From positions 1 through 64,000 of IMG/VR virus record IMGVR_UViG_3300035180_001778: a stretch of DNA of 64,000 nucleotides; one strand, written 5' to 3'. Made by a program: the position numbers and the translations under genes. This document shows, in pieces, positions 59,711-64,000 of this stretch. Within the stretch, counting starts at the first letter, position 1. Every line of letters starts with the position of its first letter. A model generated the notes under the pieces. It saw only the letters and a program-made list of their open reading frames with translations, searched no databases and had not been told where the DNA came from.

Positions 59711-60053
59711 GCTTCCAGGAGAACGGGGAAACGGGTTGCTTGCCACATCGAGGTGGGGTGTGGCAAGCAACCCGGTAGCAGTCGTGGGGTATGCTGTTCT
59801 CAGGCGCCCCGATGAGCCCCGCTGTCTTCAGACGCGAGAAGACCCACGCCACGAGCGCTTGCTTGGCTCGCATCGAGTTGACGAACGACTCGATGCACAC
59901 ATGGTAGCGGTACTTGTGGTGCGGAAGAGCTGCGAAGTCCTTCTTGATGGCCTCTCGGATCGCAACAAGAAGCTTCTCCCTCTCCCACCGCCTCATCGAG
60001 GCACGGATCTGGGATTTGCGTCGAAGCGACCCGCCGGATCGGTAGGTGATCAT
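59707..60053 (-). CDS. Tandem paralog F (winged-helix-like), frameshift near the C-terminus
   Basis: RRWEREKLL...AKQALVAWVFSRLKTAGLIG; +1 base at 59755-59758 restores MWQAT. Confidence 0.7.
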
Positions 60054-60382
60054 GGCTTCAGAGTTACGATGAAACAGGTTGCTTGCCAAATCATGCCGGC
60101 TCGTTTGCCGGAGTACATTTCTTGGGGGACGGCATTGCAGGGCGGTCCGATGAGCCCCTCCGCCTTCAACCTGGAGAAGCACCAAGCGACCAGGCTCCGC
60201 TTGGCTCGGTACTTCTCAGCCACCTTCTCGATGAAGAGGCCGATCATTGATCGGTGATACGCCAAGATGTCCTGGACATCTTGGCGTATCACGGAGAGGA
60301 GCTTCTCCTTGTTCCACCGCCGGCACGATGGACGCATCCCCTGTTTTCGCTCAGGGGAATTGTAGTGCCTGGAGGTGTGCAT
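60050..60382 (-). CDS. Tandem paralog E (winged-helix-like)
   Basis: RRWNKEKLL...AKRSLVAWCFSRLKAEGLIG...WQAT; GGTGTA 10 nt upstream. Confidence 0.75.
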   Translation of the reverse strand: MHTSRHYNSPERKQGMRPSCRRWNKEKLLSVIRQDVQDILAYHRSMIGLFIEKVAEKYRAKRSLVAWCFSRLKAEGLIGPPCNAVPQEMYSGKRAGMIWQATCFIVTLKP

Positions 60383-60403
60383 CCTCCAATCTTACACCGA
60401 AAC

Positions 60404-60799
60404 CTACGGGAAGAGGAGCATCTTGATCCCCGCCGCCCTCGCTCGGGTGTGGCAGTCCTTCGTCCCCCGGCTGCGCTCCAGGTCGGGGGTGAAGGCGATC
60501 CCGAGGTCGAAGGACGTCCCGTCCTTGTGGGGGTGCTCGTCGCGGATCATCTTCGCGTTCCGGATCGGGCCCGCAGACTTGGGGTTGCCCGCTGCTTTCG
60601 CCGCGTCCCAGTCGGCGGGGTAGGCCCGCACCTCGAAGCCGTACTCCTTGGCCAGCTCGGTCGCCATGGCATCAGCCCCCGTCGGACAGTCCCCGTGGAC
60701 GATGATGATGCGGAGGGTCTTCTCGGCGAGCTTGTCGAAGACCCTCCGCATCCCGAGCTGGTTCTTGTAATCCCTCGACCCGGTCACGAGCACTTTCAC
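60404..60799 (-). CDS. SLOG-family (DUF2493/YspA-like) protein
   Basis: VLVTGSRDY, IVHGDCPTGAD, YPADW, AGPIRN, SRGT. Confidence 0.85.
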   Translation of the reverse strand: MKVLVTGSRDYKNQLGMRRVFDKLAEKTLRIIIVHGDCPTGADAMATELAKEYGFEVRAYPADWDAAKAAGNPKSAGPIRNAKMIRDEHPHKDGTSFDLGIAFTPDLERSRGTKDCHTRARAAGIKMLLFP

Positions 60800-61317
60800 T
60801 GGTTCTGTTCTCCTTCTGCGGACTTCTTGAGACCCCACGCTGTCAACAGCGATTTACGACTCCGGATCGCATCGAAGAGAGCGTTCCGAAGGCTCGATGT
60901 CTTCACCATCTCTCGGCGCTCTTTGGTGAGGCTGTACCACTCATTGAGCTTATCCAGCTCAGCCAACTGCTCCAGCTCCGAGAGCAGAGCGCGTTGAATG
61001 TCGTACTCGTAGTACTGCGCCGGGGGATTCTTGTACTCCTCCGCGGCCTTGGAAGTTGCAGCCTCCGGGATGTCCTTGAGCTGCTCGGTCACCTCGGTCA
61101 CCTTGCGGCCCAACTCAAGGGACATGTCCAGGGCCTTTCGGCCTTCCGTCTCCTGAGCCAGGTTTCCCGCGCAGATTTCGTTGAAGGTGAAGCGAAGCGC
61201 GTCAAACGATGCCATGAAGGCGTTGAACTGCGCCTGGCTCGTGACCGCCGGCATTTGTGCCTGAAGGGCACGGGCAAACTCCTCGTTCGGTTCCAGGGGC
61301 TCTCTGTTGTCGCTCAT
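60796..61317 (-). CDS. Hypothetical coiled-coil protein
   Basis: GC3-rich ORF in operon. Confidence 0.7.
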   Translation of the reverse strand: MSDNREPLEPNEEFARALQAQMPAVTSQAQFNAFMASFDALRFTFNEICAGNLAQETEGRKALDMSLELGRKVTEVTEQLKDIPEAATSKAAEEYKNPPAQYYEYDIQRALLSELEQLAELDKLNEWYSLTKERREMVKTSSLRNALFDAIRSRKSLLTAWGLKKSAEGEQNQ

Positions 61318-61325
61318 ACATATCC

Positions 61326-61613
61326 TCAGTGGGTGGGATGGTTGGCCCCACGAATCAGAAAATCGTAATACTTCCGAGCCTTTGACTCTGCATCGGGGAC
61401 CCCCTCCGAGCGCAAAGCGAGCTGGAATGTCCCCCGGATGAGCTGTGCGCCCTGCTCCGGGTTCGAGAGTAGTCGAAAGCATGGTCGACAATACTCGTAC
61501 TCATTTTGAGGCTCTTGCCCCATTTGTCGTACCGACTCCTTCTCGGAGTCCGATAGTCGAAGCGTGACACAGGCCGACGACTCGATCTTCTTCGAGCAAA
61601 CACAGCATTTCAT
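61326..61613 (-). CDS. Zn-binding hypothetical protein
   Basis: CCVC and CRPC. Confidence 0.7.
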   Translation of the reverse strand: MKCCVCSKKIESSACVTLRLSDSEKESVRQMGQEPQNEYEYCRPCFRLLSNPEQGAQLIRGTFQLALRSEGVPDAESKARKYYDFLIRGANHPTH

Positions 61614-62242
61614 CCGACGTCCCCATACTCTTTCAAGAGCGTGTGCTGTACGTCTTCTATCGCAAGTTTACCCGAACAGACACGCTCCGCGAGTAGTAGC
61701 GCTTTGGAGATAGGTAGAGGGATATGTTTCAACACATGCTGACGGAGCTTGGAAGCCTCCATCTGGTGGAAATCTCGAATGGTGTCCGCTCTCGGGACGA
61801 TCCCTGTTCGAGGTCCGAATCGGTGCGGGTGGCAATCGTAGGGGTCCCCCGTCGACCAGGTTGTCCTACAGACGAAGGGTCGGCCCTCGTGTGCAGAGCA
61901 CTTGCTCTCAGAGAGAAGTGGGCAAGGGATGTTGCTCAGGAACCAGACTTCATGAGCAAGGCCCCATACCTGCGTCGAGTGAGTCTGGAGCTTTGCCTGT
62001 AGGCTCGCAGTCCAAAGCCCTCGTTCGACCAGCCATCGGAAGAGACTGATACCCTCAAGAATAGAGATCCCCACAGGGTGGGAACAGCAGGCGGAGCACT
62101 TCACGACACACGAGATTACCCGTCCGAGATCCTCTGCCGTGTCACGAACCGAAGCCTCGAAGGCCCCAGCTCGCTCGAAGCGTTGAGCTTCGACCTCATG
62201 TGTGTCTCTCTCCAAAAGAAGGGGGAGCGACCGTCGGGTCAT
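61610..62242 (-). CDS. YkgJ-like (CxxCxxCC) Fe-S/Zn cluster protein
   Basis: CVVKCSACC...CPLL...CSAHEGRPFVCR. Confidence 0.75.
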   Translation of the reverse strand: MTRRSLPLLLERDTHEVEAQRFERAGAFEASVRDTAEDLGRVISCVVKCSACCSHPVGISILEGISLFRWLVERGLWTASLQAKLQTHSTQVWGLAHEVWFLSNIPCPLLSESKCSAHEGRPFVCRTTWSTGDPYDCHPHRFGPRTGIVPRADTIRDFHQMEASKLRQHVLKHIPLPISKALLLAERVCSGKLAIEDVQHTLLKEYGDVG

Positions 62243-62757
62243 TCGTCGAACTCGGCGTCATCGAGAAGATGGGTATAGGCGTTCTTCTCGGGTTTCGGCT
62301 TGACGGCGACGTGGGCGATTCGTTGCTTGACCGTCTTGAATTGCGCGGTGATGTCGATCCGCGAGCGGCCTTTCTCGTGAACGGCCACGAGGAGGTTCCC
62401 AGATTGCAGCCCCAACATGGGCGAGAAGAACACGGGCCCACCCATTCGAGCGGGGTCGCTCGCCACCCAGTCAACGTACAACCTCAAGGGTTCTTCCGTC
62501 GGAGTTGCCAGAGGCCCGATGATGCGAGCGATGTACTGCAACCGGCCCAAGCTGGGCCTGGACTGCATGACCACGAACGGCCACTCCGTCTGCGGGTTGG
62601 AGAGAACCGTCGCCTCTCCCTTGAGATCCGCATCGAAGCGAATCTCCTTCACCTGCCCGGAGGCTGCGAGAAGCTCCGACATGTGCGTACGCTTCAGGTC
62701 GTACTTGCGGACAATCCAGTGCTGCCCATCGTGCAGAAGAAGGTCTCCGAGCTTCAT
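62239..62757 (-). CDS. Hypothetical protein with tag (KNAYTHLLDDAEFDE)
   Basis: ATGA overlaps. Confidence 0.75.
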   Translation of the reverse strand: MKLGDLLLHDGQHWIVRKYDLKRTHMSELLAASGQVKEIRFDADLKGEATVLSNPQTEWPFVVMQSRPSLGRLQYIARIIGPLATPTEEPLRLYVDWVASDPARMGGPVFFSPMLGLQSGNLLVAVHEKGRSRIDITAQFKTVKQRIAHVAVKPKPEKNAYTHLLDDAEFDE

Positions 62758-63125
62758 GCTTCCACCACTGCCGGAATCAGGAGGTCTTGAGGCGTGAACT
62801 GCTCCTCGAACTTCTTGAGGATGGGGAACGCCGTTGCTGCGTCATCTTCGAACGACCGACGCACGTCGTAAAGCGCATTCCGGAAGGAATTCTCTATGAC
62901 GTGCGTCAGGATGGCTTTTTGAGGAGGATCCGAGAGATCCCAGGTCTTGAGGTGCCCCACCCACTCGGCGTGAGCGGACTTCTCGATGTCGTCTTCCAAC
63001 CCGAGCATGCGATGGTAGGGACCGATGTCCCCCTCCTCTCGACTTCTCGGGAGGTAGACAGTCCTTCGAGCCAGACTGCGAAGAAGGCGTTGGGCGAGGT
63101 GTTGAGCGAGAAGAGCGGAGGGCAT
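62754..63125 (-). CDS. Hypothetical protein
   Basis: ORF in operon. Confidence 0.7.
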   Translation of the reverse strand: MPSALLAQHLAQRLLRSLARRTVYLPRSREEGDIGPYHRMLGLEDDIEKSAHAEWVGHLKTWDLSDPPQKAILTHVIENSFRNALYDVRRSFEDDAATAFPILKKFEEQFTPQDLLIPAVVEA

Positions 63126-63170
63126 CGCCTATACTGACACCGAATCCGCTCCCAAGCAGAGAGGGATCGT

Positions 63171-63965
63171 TCAGCCGCCGAAAGGACCGCCGAGTTCGAG
63201 GCCGGCATCCTTGAGGACGTCGTCCGTGCTCTTGCGCTTCACGACGGACGCCTTGGGAGTCGTGGCGGGAGCCTCGTCTTCGACGGGAGCTGCCTTCACT
63301 TCCGATTCCGCCTTCTTGTCTTCGTCCGAGGACGCCTTGACAGGCTCGACGGCAGCCTTGGGCGAGCTGCCCTTGGCGAGCTTCTGCGCGACGAGGGCAG
63401 GGGGAGCCTCGTACGAGGACACGACGCGATAGAAGCCGCGTCCCTTGGCCGGGACCTTCTCGAAGGTCTCCTTGGCCGAGGAGAGGGTGTACGAGATGTA
63501 TCCTCGCGGGTTGTCCGAGAAGGGCAACCAGCCCATCTCCTTCATCTCCGTGAAGAGGGTGTCCGCGTTCACGATGCGATCCCCAGCCGTGACTGCCATG
63601 GCGTCGTGCAGCTTGGGACGATCCCCATTGGCCACCTGGCGACGGCCTTCCGCGGCTCGGCTCATGCCCGCCACCTTGGGCTTCGGGTCTGCGGCGGACT
63701 CGTCCTTGGCCTTCGGCTTGCGACCCGGCTTGCCCTTCGGCTTCACAGGTTCCGGAGTGCTCGTGGCATCCTCCGTTGCAGCCTTCGGCTTGCGGCCGGG
63801 CTTGCCCTTGGGGGCCGCTGCGGGAGCTGCTGAGGCCGACGATCCGTCACCGAAGATTTCGACGAACTTCGTCACCTTGTCCGCGGCCTTCACCGCTTCG
63901 GCCTGCTTCGTGGCAACTTCGGCCTGAAGCTCGGATAGGGTGCTCTCGTACGTGATCTTGTTCAT
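63171..63965 (-). CDS. Basic histone/nucleoid-like protein with duplicated KGKPGRKPKA
   Basis: Lys/Ala/Pro-rich repeats around a central globular segment. Confidence 0.75.
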   Translation of the reverse strand: MNKITYESTLSELQAEVATKQAEAVKAADKVTKFVEIFGDGSSASAAPAAAPKGKPGRKPKAATEDATSTPEPVKPKGKPGRKPKAKDESAADPKPKVAGMSRAAEGRRQVANGDRPKLHDAMAVTAGDRIVNADTLFTEMKEMGWLPFSDNPRGYISYTLSSAKETFEKVPAKGRGFYRVVSSYEAPPALVAQKLAKGSSPKAAVEPVKASSDEDKKAESEVKAAPVEDEAPATTPKASVVKRKSTDDVLKDAGLELGGPFGG

Positions 63966-64000
63966 ATTGGGATGATCTCCAGATGCACATGCCGTCTCTC

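Noticed and set aside
7227-63125. RVLARF-like matches in the 2H protein (RLLARA) and 62754-63125 (HLAQRL)
   Set aside because: Too degenerate; not counted with the 49960-55852 cluster.
1-64000. CRISPR array, tRNA, rRNA, integrase or DGR
   Set aside because: No regularly spaced repeat-spacer units, no cloverleaf/T-loop signatures, and no recombinase or reverse-transcriptase motifs seen by eye. tRNAscan/Infernal would be needed to exclude small RNAs.

Overview
A GC-rich, densely coding 64 kb segment that reads as the accessory region of a large (jumbo-type) dsDNA bacteriophage or phage-like element. It has about 110 mostly short ORFs in compact, often overlapping operons. I recognised no rRNA, tRNA, CRISPR array, integrase, terminase, capsid or polymerase. 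A Ser/Gly-rich lipoprotein suggests a myxobacterial-type host (inference). Recognisable products: NAMPT plus its NrtR regulator, a divergent PurA-fold ligase, an atypical protein kinase, two vWA proteins, Nudix, MazG-like, 2H phosphoesterase, macro domain, SLOG, DHH, dNMP kinase, RNase HII, a Dam-like methylase, topoisomerase IB, two zincin peptidases, an ART-like protein, a GT51 peptidoglycan glycosyltransferase, two lysin-like proteins and two HNH endonucleases. Four patterns stand out that the gene names do not explain. (1) A shared short peptide tag, roughly [TNS]-(W/F or A-W)-x-x-[ILM][LM]-x-[DE][DE], sits at the terminus of about 17 unrelated proteins. (2) A second motif, [RKQ][VI][LAV]x[RQ][FYH], occurs 8 times at the ends and domain boundaries of four adjacent enzyme genes, which suggests virion-packaged cargo. 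(3) Two recurrent promoter-like motifs have nearly fixed spacing to start codons: GTTGATC-N16-TGTA(G)-N7-ATG (23 copies) and YGGTGTA-N~10-start (about 30 copies). (4) An NrtR-NAMPT operon carries two tandem GT-N7-AC operator-like palindromes, next to a kinase/PurA-like/Nudix/vWA cluster. Caveats: about nine genes appear broken by single-base indels in G/C runs and several by small duplications or in-frame stops, so the sequence may contain consensus errors. All family calls come from reading motifs by eye; no searches were run.
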